From an uncultured Rivularia sp. (GTDB lineage: Bacteria > Cyanobacteriota > Cyanobacteriia > Cyanobacteriales > Nostocaceae), in NCBI GenBank assembly GCA_963665115.1, contig OY762007.1:224001-288000 (forward strand): a DNA stretch of 64,000 nt. Reading direction: 5' to 3'. This document shows, piece by piece, positions 1 through 12,441 of this stretch; position 1 is the first letter of the stretch; each line of letters begins with the position of its first letter. The position numbers were made by a program, and so were the translations under genes. The notes under the pieces were generated by a model. The model saw only the letters and a program-made list of their open reading frames with translations. It made no database searches and was not told the origin of the DNA.

Positions 1-160
1 TAACTTCAAATAATCGAGTGTTGTTAGTAAAATAACCTACTACATCGCAGACAAAGGCAAACAAAACCATCGCTATCACAAAATGGACGACAATAGGATG
101 AATTGTATCTGGATAGGGTAAATTATGCTCATTTAAATGCGGAATTAGTTTCTCAAGCAT
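1..160 (-). CDS. Partial (runs off window) DUF2231-like membrane protein
   Basis: Manual translation from ATG at 160: MLEKLIPHLNEHNLPYPDTIHPIVVHFVIAMVLFAFVCDVVGYFT...; HP.vVHF motif; purine-rich RBS-like GAAGGA upstream. Confidence 0.7.
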   Translation of the reverse strand, partial: MLEKLIPHLNEHNLPYPDTIHPIVVHFVIAMVLFAFVCDVVGYFTNNTRLFEV

Positions 161-596
161 TGTATTTCCTTCTACATATTTAGCCAATTATTCGCTAAAT
201 CTTTTCCCTTTTATCTTAACAATATTATGTTATATTTCGTAATAAAAATTCACTGTAGTTAACCGTACAGAATTGCTAATAATTCATTGTTGTTTCAACT
301 ACTTTTTAACTTAAATACAAAAAAATTTAAGCATTATCAAATTGAAATATTTTGCATAAATCAAATATAAAATTGGATACAATTCCTCCAATTTTATTTT
401 GTGCTTTTGTACCTATGAATGCAAAGTAAGGAGTAGGGAGTAAGGAGTAGGATAAATAGCTAAAATCCCAGATCCAATATTTTGATATCTGGGACAAAAT
501 AAGAAATATTATAAGTTTAAGGAAACTATCTATATCTAGAAAAACTCTTTCCTTTCCTCTCTAGTTGCTACTCTCTACTTCCTACTCCCTGCCTTG

Positions 597-1208
597 CTAA
601 TTCTTAACCCATCGCCATTGATAACTATTCCATTGATAAATACCTTGGATTTGATATTCTGCACCATCGTTGAAGCGGATAGTGCAAGTTGTATAGGAGG
701 TATCTTTATCGACAATTTCTTCAAGACTAATCACCGTGCAGGAAAACCATTGAGGCTCGCAAGGTGTACCCTCTTGTACCCATTCCCATAATCCATTGCA
801 AACTTCGATGCGATCGCCAACTTGTAATTTGAGGTTTGCTTCGGTTGCGAGTTCATCAAAATGATATTTTTCAACACTATTTAACCACTGTATCCCATGA
901 TTTTCGCGGATAAATTGGACGACACCAGAATTTTTTTCTTGCAACCAATCATTGAGTAATTGCACTTTCCAGGAACGATTTTGTTCTTCCTGTTCCTTGA
1001 CGAACTGAGAAAAAACTTTTAATTCTTCAGAAGTCAATTCTTTTAAAGGATTTACATTATTTAATAAGCCTTTGCTGGAATTTCCATTGATTTGCTGGCT
1101 TAACACTTGCAGCAAGATCATTTTTTGCCCATCAGTGAGAGGACAGCGGGCTGCATCGCAATGAGTGAAAGCTGCTTGCAGTGCTACTTCTATCTCATCT
1201 GGTGTCAT
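597..1208 (-). CDS. Conserved cyanobacterial hypothetical protein, C-terminal beta-rich (Tudor/SH3-like) segment
   Basis: 203-aa ORF; C-terminal LQVGDRIEV...W...CTV...TIRF pattern. Confidence 0.7.
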   Translation of the reverse strand: MTPDEIEVALQAAFTHCDAARCPLTDGQKMILLQVLSQQINGNSSKGLLNNVNPLKELTSEELKVFSQFVKEQEEQNRSWKVQLLNDWLQEKNSGVVQFIRENHGIQWLNSVEKYHFDELATEANLKLQVGDRIEVCNGLWEWVQEGTPCEPQWFSCTVISLEEIVDKDTSYTTCTIRFNDGAEYQIQGIYQWNSYQWRWVKN

Positions 1209-1397
1209 AATATGGTTACAAATGAGGGTCTATTCGTTTAATTATTACAAAATTTTTGAATTTTTGAAATTATCTCTTGATACAATGTTATATTTATAGA
1301 TTAGTTATTTCACTACTTTTTTTAGAGAATAATCCTTTCACTAGCATTGAAAAGCAGCATAGAAAGCAAACAATATCCTTGTAGGAAATTGATATTT

Positions 1398-1664
1398 TTA
1401 TATCAGTTCTTTTTCAGCTTGAAGCCAACATTCTAAAGATTTGCCATTCGGACAACCCATTTGTTGCCAAATCTGATAAGCTTTCAAGCGAATTTTATCT
1501 TCATCTGGACGGTTGCCGATCAAATGTTCGCAAGAATTAGTAGTGAAATTATAGGGAATTCTTTCAAAAAAGTTCTTTTTACCTGGGATTTTAGCTGTAA
1601 AGCGGTAACAATTTTGTTTTATCGGACAGTTTTTTCCCAGGCACAAAGTAATATCGTAAGACAT
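1398..1664 (-). CDS. Small Cys-rich domain fused to DUF2934-like helical domain
   Basis: Probable start MSYDITLC (1664); Cys pattern DITLC..KNCP...NCYR...CEH; C-terminal IRLKAYQIWQQMGCPNG....WLQAEKEL matches the DUF2934 pattern. Confidence 0.65.
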   Translation of the reverse strand: MSYDITLCLGKNCPIKQNCYRFTAKIPGKKNFFERIPYNFTTNSCEHLIGNRPDEDKIRLKAYQIWQQMGCPNGKSLECWLQAEKELI

Positions 1665-1803
1665 ATATATTAAAAAGCTAGTAACGTCATTTGAGAGATA
1701 TTTATAGTACTCCATCGAATCTTTCAATCAAAACTAAAAAGATGAACCAATAGTCGCTGGTAAAGTTAAAATCAGAACTAATAGAAGAAATCATCTAAAT
1801 CCT

Positions 1804-2148
1804 ATGGCTGCTGCAAAACGTAAATCTTCCGATAAATCCTCTGGTTGGCGAGAATTTGGTGACGATAATGCTGCAACTCAAAGAGCAACACCCGATTTAC
1901 CTCCAGAAAAACAAGATTTACGGGTACAGGCTACTCGGGCTGGGCGTAAAGGTAAAACTGTGACGATAATTACGGGATTTCAAAGTAAACCTGAAACTTT
2001 ACAAGCTTTATTAAAACAGTTAAAAGGTCAATGCGGTTGCGGTGGTACCGTTAAGGAAAATGAAATTGAAATTCAAGGGGAACACAAACAAAAAATTCTC
2101 GAAATTTTGAAGAAGCAAGGTTATAAAGCTAAAATTAGCGGTGGGTGA
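1804..2148 (+). CDS. yciH: Translation initiation factor SUI1/eIF1 homolog
   Basis: GRKGKTVTII, LKGQCGCGGTV, IEIQGEH motifs. Confidence 0.93.
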   Translation: MAAAKRKSSDKSSGWREFGDDNAATQRATPDLPPEKQDLRVQATRAGRKGKTVTIITGFQSKPETLQALLKQLKGQCGCGGTVKENEIEIQGEHKQKILEILKKQGYKAKISGG

Positions 2149-2644
2149 TTCAGTTGACAGTGAACAGTTATTTTTTTATTATACCTATAGAGATTTGAGT
2201 TAGTTTTGATACATTTATTACGTAGCTATTATAAAAAATATATTGTTCTATATCACCTAAAGGTTGACTAGATATGGTGTAAATTATGCCTAATAAAGAT
2301 CCCGTTACTATAGGGCTAGTAATATTTGTCTCTATTGTTGCAACTATTATTGGAATCAAAAATCTTGTTTGGTTTACAGATGTGGTTAATCGCGAAGTAA
2401 TAAATATTGAAAGAAAATCAAATTAAAAATAATTATCAAGATAATTTGCATTTTGATCTACCAATAGTTGATTCAAAACAGACATCTTGCATCATTCTCA
2501 ATAAGCCTTTATAAACCCGGTTTCTCTTCGTGAAAGCACGACTATCTCGTTGTGAAATCAACAAGAAACCGGGTTTCTGACACCTGTGCAAGATATTGAT
2601 TCAAAATGCACTTGCTACATTCCCAATCCCCAATTCCCAATTCC

Positions 2645-3160
2645 CTATTCCAAATAATCCCCCGATTTACCACCACTCTTACTCACCAAATGTATTGATT
2701 CAATTTGAATCGATTTTTCCAAAGCTTTCGCCATATCGTATAAAGTTAGTGCAGCAACAGAAACTGCCGTTAAAGCTTCCATTTCCACCCCAGTTTCAGC
2801 TTTGGTTTTAACCGTTGCTTGAATTTCGTAACCCGGTAGCTCGGGTAAAGGTGTAATTTGCACGTTGATTTTTTGTAACGGTAAAGGATGGCATAAAGGA
2901 ATTAAATTTGGTGTTTGTTTTGCAGCCATAATTCCAGCAAGTCTCGCTGTTGCTAATACATCACCCTTTGGAGCGTTTCCTGATTGAATTGCAGCGAAAG
3001 TTTCTTGTTTCATCCGCACTTTACCAGCAGCTACAGCTTGTCTAACAGTGGATACCTTGGCAGATACATCCACCATTTGGGCTTCTCCACGATTATCTAA
3101 ATGAGTTAAACCCTGTTGAACAGTAGAATTCAGCGAATTTTGAAAATTTTCTTGTGTCAT
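2645..3160 (-). CDS. moaC: Cyclic pyranopterin monophosphate synthase MoaC
   Basis: [41 protein letters not shown] motifs. Confidence 0.97.
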   Translation of the reverse strand: MTQENFQNSLNSTVQQGLTHLDNRGEAQMVDVSAKVSTVRQAVAAGKVRMKQETFAAIQSGNAPKGDVLATARLAGIMAAKQTPNLIPLCHPLPLQKINVQITPLPELPGYEIQATVKTKAETGVEMEALTAVSVAALTLYDMAKALEKSIQIESIHLVSKSGGKSGDYLE

Positions 3161-3194
3161 CTGACTGACATATGTTAGTATTATTGAGTTGCAA

Positions 3195-3268
3195 GGGCGT
3201 GTAGCTCAGTGGACTAGAGCACGTGGCTACGGACCACGGTGTCAGGGGTTCAAATCCCTTCTCGCCCG
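3195..3268 (+). tRNA. tRNA-Arg (anticodon ACG)
   Basis: Acceptor GGGCGTG/CTCGCCC region, D-arm GCTC..GAGC, anticodon stem CGTGG-CT-ACG-GA-CCACG, T-loop GGTTCAAATCC; CCA not encoded. Confidence 0.95.
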
Positions 3269-3418
3269 TTTTTAAAAAGTAAGGTGTTAGGAGTGAGGAG
3301 TTAAGAATTTTAACTTTTTGCTCTTATCTTTTTTAGTATACGTTACAGCTACGACGGTACGATTAAAATGTTTTTTGAAAACTAGTACCCAGTCGCGATA
3401 ATTTTAAAAGGTAATCAA

Positions 3419-3475
3419 GGTTCGTAGTAAGGGCTTTAGCCCTAAATCCGAGGACTAAAGTCCTTACTACGAACC
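3419..3475. repeat. Palindromic REP-like element, family D (GGTTCGTAGT...ACTACGAACC); further copies at 37867-37922 and 58326-58382
   Basis: Terminal inverted repeats enclosing two small internal hairpins, seen three times. Confidence 0.8.
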
Positions 3476-3483
3476 AATGGAAA

Positions 3484-6018
3484 TTATCTAATTCTGGGAT
3501 TCCCAGTTTCTCCGACCATGATTCCACGACCTGTTAAAGCTGCATAAACTAAGTTAGCAGAACGCATATCTCCTTCCAACCAAGTGATTCCAGGAAATTG
3601 CTGTACTTCTGGGTTGCTAATTTTCTTCCAAGTTTGACCCATATTTTTGGAAATATACATGGCATCTTTCTTTGCACCAGCTACGCGCCCAAATATATAG
3701 ATGTAGGGGTTTTTATTTGAATTACCTTTACCAAAGGTCACGAATTCACAAGTATCTACCGATGCAATTGCATTGAAATTTTTTCCCCCATCAATAGAAC
3801 GATATAGTTTATTTCCTTCTAGTTCTTCGGGATTGCGAGCAAAACTCATCCACACATCATTTTGTTTTGTGGGATTGGGAACTATTGCCGGACGAATTTT
3901 CCATGTGGGTAATTTTCCGGATGCTCCTTTTCTCCAGTTAGCGCCGCCATCGTTGCTGTAGTAGAATGTCCAACCGTTGTAATAGTAAAAAGTTTTACCT
4001 TGAGGGTCTTGACGGTCGGCTGCTAAAATATACGAACTTAACCAAGGATTAATGCTATTCGCCCAAGCTTTAGGCAATGCATCGTAGTGGGTGTGTTCAT
4101 CGCTGTTAGGATCGAAAGGTTCGGGCTTTGGCTTGTGGTCTAGGTTTCGCGCTATCTTCCAAGTTTTGCCACCGTCCATAGTATAGTGAGTCCAAGGTCC
4201 CCAAGTCGGTGCCCAAACCATGTTATTCGGGTTAGTAGGCGACATGGCTATTTGCCCGCCCATTGCAATGGTTTTCTGTCGCTTAGACTTTGATTTACTC
4301 CACATATTTTCTGTGGGTACGGACTCGAAAGCCTGCCAAGTTTTACCGTTATCTTTGGTGTAACCATGTATCGGGTAAAATCCTTGCCATTGGTGAAAAC
4401 CTACGAAGGCTGCATTTTTGGGCTTTTTGTAGGCATAATCCATACCCGTTGCTCCTGCTACATGGGGAAAGGGTACGGGATATTTTTTCCATTGGGGGTT
4501 AGCCCATTTAAAATAAGGACTGACATCAATGTTTTGTGGGTTAATTTTCTCGTCGGGTACTTTGTAACGGTTGACATGACGAAAACCAATCATGTCCTGT
4601 ACTCCACTGATTAAATCTGCCCCTCCCTGAGATTTGGGAACTGGTGGAACTCGCACGATGTTAGCGTCAAGTTCTTCTAAGTTGTTCATCACCCATTTGA
4701 AGCTTGGCTTTTCGGCTGTTATGTTATCGCTACAAGCTACACCCCAACCATTTGTCCACCATACTTGTTTGGGATTTGCTGGATCGAAAACAACTACCGA
4801 TGCTCCAGTTCCTGAATATGATTGATAGTATTTGGGAGCTGATGGATTTACTTTATCTTTGGGATTATTTGCATCATAAGCACCCATATACATTGTTTGC
4901 TTTTTCCAACTGTTACCACCATTGTTGGAGCGGTAAAGGTACTTATCGGAAATCGCTACTACTGTATTAGGGCGATCGCTCTGTACTGCTACGGCCGAAT
5001 AAACTCTGTTAGTATCATCCGGGGTGATGTCAGTCCATTTTTGATTTTGATATTTACGAACTCCACCAGTTTTTTTGCCGCCACCGCTGGGGTAAGTCCC
5101 AAAACTTACGTAAAACTTACCGTTGTCAGCAACTGTTCCGCGTAAGGGATCTTTCCCTCCTGCAATATTACGCCAGGATTTACCGGCATCTTTACTTTGC
5201 CATACGCCTTTTCCATGAATTCCTACATATATATTTTGAGTAGCTCGATCGGTTTTTCCAGAATTTTGATCGAAAGCAACAAAGGTAAAACCGGCTATAT
5301 CTTTATTCTTCTTTCCGTCAGATTTGTTGTATTCTGGCAAACTTTTAGCAGATGGTAATCCCCCGCTAACCTGCGTCCATTCTTGTTCTCCGTTCTTTTT
5401 CCACAGTCCATTTCGACGAGAAGCAAAATAAACTATTTCGCTATTATTTGGATCTACCGCTAACCTTTCCCCTGTATCGGAACGGTATTTTTGATTAGCT
5501 CCCACAAAGACATTTTTTTTACCCAATCCTGTTGATTTCCAAGTATTTCCCCTATTTTGGGAAACCATTACTTCACCAGAATATTTATACTTTTTAGTAT
5601 TACCTTCGGTGATAGTTGAACTGGCATGATTTACCGCAGCATATATATGAGTCGGCTTTTGCGGATCGACAGCAATGCTTTCAACACCGATACCACCCCC
5701 TGAAAAGTTAGTATCAAACATATCCATCAAAGGCAGCCACTTCTTATTCTTGCGATCGAAGCGATAAGCACCACCAATATCCGTGCGGACGTACACATCG
5801 TAGGGTTTTACAGGTGCTATTGCCATCCCCGTAACGTAACCCATGCCCTGAATATTTACGTTATTCCATTTGAACGATTGTGAATTCTGAGTGTGAGCGG
5901 ATATTAAGTTAAAGTTATTCCACACTAAAAGCGTTACTGCTGTAGATATTAGCAGTACAAAGAAACTTAATTTTCGTAGTAAATGCATGAAATGTAGTTG
6001 TTTGCGGGGAATATTCAT
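3484..6018 (-). CDS. Secreted GH74 (xyloglucanase-like) double beta-propeller protein with BNR/Asp-box repeats
   Basis: N-terminal signal/TM; GMGYVTG..., YVRTDIGGAYR, GERLAVDPN; repeated SxDxGxxW Asp boxes; start codon uncertain (5988-6045). Confidence 0.8.
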   Translation of the reverse strand: MNIPRKQLHFMHLLRKLSFFVLLISTAVTLLVWNNFNLISAHTQNSQSFKWNNVNIQGMGYVTGMAIAPVKPYDVYVRTDIGGAYRFDRKNKKWLPLMDMFDTNFSGGGIGVESIAVDPQKPTHIYAAVNHASSTITEGNTKKYKYSGEVMVSQNRGNTWKSTGLGKKNVFVGANQKYRSDTGERLAVDPNNSEIVYFASRRNGLWKKNGEQEWTQVSGGLPSAKSLPEYNKSDGKKNKDIAGFTFVAFDQNSGKTDRATQNIYVGIHGKGVWQSKDAGKSWRNIAGGKDPLRGTVADNGKFYVSFGTYPSGGGKKTGGVRKYQNQKWTDITPDDTNRVYSAVAVQSDRPNTVVAISDKYLYRSNNGGNSWKKQTMYMGAYDANNPKDKVNPSAPKYYQSYSGTGASVVVFDPANPKQVWWTNGWGVACSDNITAEKPSFKWVMNNLEELDANIVRVPPVPKSQGGADLISGVQDMIGFRHVNRYKVPDEKINPQNIDVSPYFKWANPQWKKYPVPFPHVAGATGMDYAYKKPKNAAFVGFHQWQGFYPIHGYTKDNGKTWQAFESVPTENMWSKSKSKRQKTIAMGGQIAMSPTNPNNMVWAPTWGPWTHYTMDGGKTWKIARNLDHKPKPEPFDPNSDEHTHYDALPKAWANSINPWLSSYILAADRQDPQGKTFYYYNGWTFYYSNDGGANWRKGASGKLPTWKIRPAIVPNPTKQNDVWMSFARNPEELEGNKLYRSIDGGKNFNAIASVDTCEFVTFGKGNSNKNPYIYIFGRVAGAKKDAMYISKNMGQTWKKISNPEVQQFPGITWLEGDMRSANLVYAALTGRGIMVGETGNPRIR

Positions 6019-6279
6019 TGTTGTGAAACCGCATATAAACAGCAAAATTTGTTTCTATGTCTTTTCTTTTCTTCTTTATGTTCCTTTTCAGGAAGAAAAA
6101 TAAGATGTAATCAACAGGAAAGCATACAAAAATGAATTGTCTCTGTTTATCTAACTACATAGTTGCTGCAAAATTCATTCGATTGGTTTATATCAAGATA
6201 AGTAATATTGATTCTTCATCGGAACTTTATAATTAAGCATGGAATCTAGCAGGAAGGTTTAACAATCGCTAAAATCCTT

Positions 6280-6373
6280 GTCATTGCGAGCGGAGCGAAG
6301 CAATCCCAAGATGTTGCCATTGCTTCGTCGTTCCTCCATTCCCTAAGAGGGAACACTCCGTGAACGCAATGAC
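6280..6373. repeat. Palindromic dispersed element GTCATTGCGAGCGGAGCGAAGCAATC...CGCAATGAC
   Basis: Terminal inverted repeat GTCATTGCG/CGCAATGAC with inner GAAGCAAT/ATTGCTTC stem. Confidence 0.7.
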
Positions 6374-6607
6374 GATTTAAAGGCGTTCAAATCCCTGAAA
6401 CCTATGTGGAGAGTACTTGTGTGTACACCGTAGAGTAAGGAGAGGGGAGGGGGTGAGGTTTTATTTGTGCTGCTATAACAAGCAGTGTTTGTTCAATTCC
6501 CTTCTCCAATTACATAAAAAAAAGAGGCCGTCTTTGACCTCTTTGAAACTCCCTAAAATATTTATTTTTGGTTTATTTTTGGTTTATTTTTTGATTGATT
6601 TTAATAT

Positions 6608-6811
6608 CTACTTTAAACCAGTATTCATACCTTGCTTGCCGGTAGCTAATTCTACCTTAACAATTGTGCCACCCATTTTCTGAATGCGTTGCTGTTCGCG
6701 AAACCAGTTTTCGTAAGGAACTAGTTTAGTGAAGTAGGTATTTTGCAATTCGCGTTGAGTACGAACTCTAGTTTGGCTGGGAACGCAAGCAGTAACTTTA
6801 AACATCCGCAT
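6608..6811 (-). CDS. apcC: Phycobilisome core linker Lc7.8
   Basis: MRMFKVTACVPSQTRVRTQRELQNTYFTKLVPYENWFREQQRIQKMGG; lies downstream of apcB. Confidence 0.98.
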   Translation of the reverse strand: MRMFKVTACVPSQTRVRTQRELQNTYFTKLVPYENWFREQQRIQKMGGTIVKVELATGKQGMNTGLK

Positions 6812-7100
6812 GGGATTTAATCTCCTTATGGTAGTAGCTGAGAATTTTTTTATTAGAAGAATTTCAGAATTAACTTAACTCTGAACTTCTTTATTATTTA
6901 TTTCAAAAAAAGCAAATCTTTATTTGATTATTGCGAGGCTGGAAATCAATCATCAATACCAGACAGCTAATACATATAATTCCAAATCTTGAAAAATAAG
7001 CAATCAGACTTTCTAGCACTCATAACTGATTTCCAGACCTTCATCATTAGTCGCACTTAAACAAATCCAAGATTTAATTCAAGCACTTCTAAAAATGCTA

Positions 7101-7586
7101 CTAGCTTAAGCCAGAGCAGATGTAGTCGAAGTATACGCCCATTTCCTTACCAGCATCAGGACCAACCAAGCTAGCGGTTACTTCCTTCATGGATTGGATA
7201 GCTTGTACGGTAGCACCAACAGGTACGCCCAAGGAATTGTAGGTTTCTTTCAAACCGTTCAATACGCGCTCATCCAAGATGGAAGGATCGCCAGCCAACA
7301 TAGCGTAGGTGGAGTAACGTAAGTAGTAATCCAAATCGCGGATACAAGCAGCGTAACGGCGAGTGGTGTACATATTACCACCGGGACGGGTGATATCAGA
7401 GTACAACAAGGACTTAGCTACAGCTTCCTTAACGATTGCAGCAGCATTAGCAGCAATTGTGGTAGCAGCACGTACTCTCAATTCACCAGTCTGGAAATAG
7501 CCTTTTAGCTTTTCCATTGCGCCGGTATCGAGGTACTTACCTTGAACGTCCGAAGAATTAATGACAGAAGTAATTGCGTCTTGCAT
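7101..7586 (-). CDS. apcB: Allophycocyanin beta subunit
   Basis: [10 protein letters not shown]..., [16 protein letters not shown] with chromophore Cys. Confidence 0.99.
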   Translation of the reverse strand: MQDAITSVINSSDVQGKYLDTGAMEKLKGYFQTGELRVRAATTIAANAAAIVKEAVAKSLLYSDITRPGGNMYTTRRYAACIRDLDYYLRYSTYAMLAGDPSILDERVLNGLKETYNSLGVPVGATVQAIQSMKEVTASLVGPDAGKEMGVYFDYICSGLS

Positions 7587-7656
7587 TTTATTATTTCCTT
7601 ATTTCCAAACTGTTTTACAACATTTGGGAGATGTTATAGGGTTTCAGAGATTCGCC

Positions 7657-8142
7657 CTACTGCATCGCACCTACTAAATAGTCAAAGTAAGAACCAGCTT
7701 CGCCAGAGTCTTCAGCAGACATCATGCCGGTAGCAACATTCTTCATAGCGCGAACGCCTTCAGCAACTGCATCAATAGGAGTTCCGAGGGACTTATACAT
7801 TTCACGAACGCCTACAATACCGATTTCTTCGATGGGTGTTACATCACCAGCAACGATTCCATAGGTAACTAAGCGTAGATAGTAATCCATGTCGCGCAAG
7901 CAGGTAGCAGTCATTTCTTGACCGTAAGCATTACCGCCAGGAGATACAACGTCAGGACGCTTTTGGAAAAGTTGGTCGCCAGCTTGCTTAACGATGCGCT
8001 CGCGGTTTTCGGTTAGCATTTGAGCAATCCGCAAACGGCGCTCACCACCTGTAACAAAACCTTTGATTCTATCTAATTCGCCAGGGCTGAGGTAACGTGC
8101 CTCTGCATCAGCATTAACAATGGACTTTGTGACGATACTCAT
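7657..8142 (-). CDS. apcA: Allophycocyanin alpha subunit
   Basis: [30 protein letters not shown]. Confidence 0.99.
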   Translation of the reverse strand: MSIVTKSIVNADAEARYLSPGELDRIKGFVTGGERRLRIAQMLTENRERIVKQAGDQLFQKRPDVVSPGGNAYGQEMTATCLRDMDYYLRLVTYGIVAGDVTPIEEIGIVGVREMYKSLGTPIDAVAEGVRAMKNVATGMMSAEDSGEAGSYFDYLVGAMQ

Positions 8143-8340
8143 AAAAGGATTCCTCCAATACGAATGAAACCTGAGTTTATTTCAAAATGGTGTTTTTTAA
8201 TAAACGGTTGATTAAGTTTTTTTACTTCGGAACTTCAAGTACATTCCGAGCCTGCGAAAGGTAAACACCAGTACCAAACTTTGGAAACTCAATCATCTAC
8301 AGAAGTTATTCTCCAGCATTCTGTTGAGTATTTATAACTC

Positions 8341-8358
8341 TTTTTAACAGTTCGTAAC
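8341..8358 (-). promoter_or_regulatory. Possible HLR1-like (RpaB) direct repeat upstream of apcA
   Basis: Minus strand reads GTTACGAA-CT-GTTAAAAA, an imperfect match to (G/T)TTACA(T/A)(T/A)-N2-(G/T)TTACA(T/A)(T/A). Confidence 0.4.
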
Positions 8359-8383
8359 ATTAATTTTCATGTTCGCCTGTTTT

Positions 8384-8523
8384 TGGGGATTGGGGATTGG
8401 GGATTGGGGATTGGGCATTGGAGAGAGGGGGTAGAGGGGGAAGAGGGGGTAGAAAAAACTCCTAACTCCTAACTCCTAACTCCTAACTCCTAACTATTCC
8501 CAATGCCCTATTCCCTATGCCCA
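8384..8523. repeat. STRR-type arrays between apcE and apcA: (GGGGATT)n, 9-mer GAGGGGGTA, (AACTCCT)n, (ATGCCCT)-like
   Basis: Directly visible tandem 7- and 9-mers; similar arrays at 12170-12204, 31476-31535, 31741-31796, 37338-37485, 45459-45496. Confidence 0.9.
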
Positions 8524-8529
8524 AATTTG

Positions 8530-12069
<3,540 letters not shown>

Positions 12070-12217
12070 CTAGCTTTTAGATTAGAATGTTTTGAGTTTG
12101 AACGGGGTGTTTGTTAAGAAGTGTGTCAAAATCCCATTAATTGATGTATTTTCTCTGGTTAATAGGAAATTGGGCATAGGGCATGGGGGATTGGGCATGG
12201 GGGGATAGATTAATGGT

Positions 12218-12243
12218 GTAGAGACGTAGCAGTGCTACGTCTC
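12218..12243. repeat. Palindromic element, family A (GTAGAGACGTAGC.GTGCTACGTCTC); copies near 15488, 15590, 24004, 27478, 45131, 47851, 48351, 56327, 56434
   Basis: Same hairpin recurs about 10 times in the window. Confidence 0.88.
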
Positions 12244-12356
12244 CCTGTATTTAGGGCAATACCGATAATTCCGTAAAATGTTATTGCTAAAATGTTTCGA
12301 CTATGTTCAAATCCACTGGGGGTTGCAAACCCCATGAGCTAATAGTTGCCTTAAAT

Positions 12357-12410
12357 CACCCGCAGCCTAGAAGACTGGGGCTATCGAAACAAAGCCTACC
12401 TGCGTGGGCT
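12357..12410. repeat. Palindromic element, family C (CACCCGCA..GGCTA...AAGCCCACC...GTGGGCT); paired copies at 14604-14729 and 17561-17670, single at 34438-34492
   Basis: Recurring double-hairpin units, some as inverted pairs. Confidence 0.8.
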
Positions 12411-12441
12411 AAATCCAGCACTTTTTTATAAAGAAATAGTA

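Noticed and set aside
2168..2359. 63-aa hydrophobic ORF
   Set aside because: It has a TTG start, is very AT-rich and has no recognisable motif, so it cannot be supported.
8384..8523. Tandem short repeats as a possible CRISPR array (also 31476-31796 and 37338-37485)
   Set aside because: These are 7-9-nt units with no unique spacers and no cas genes; ordinary STRR-type arrays.
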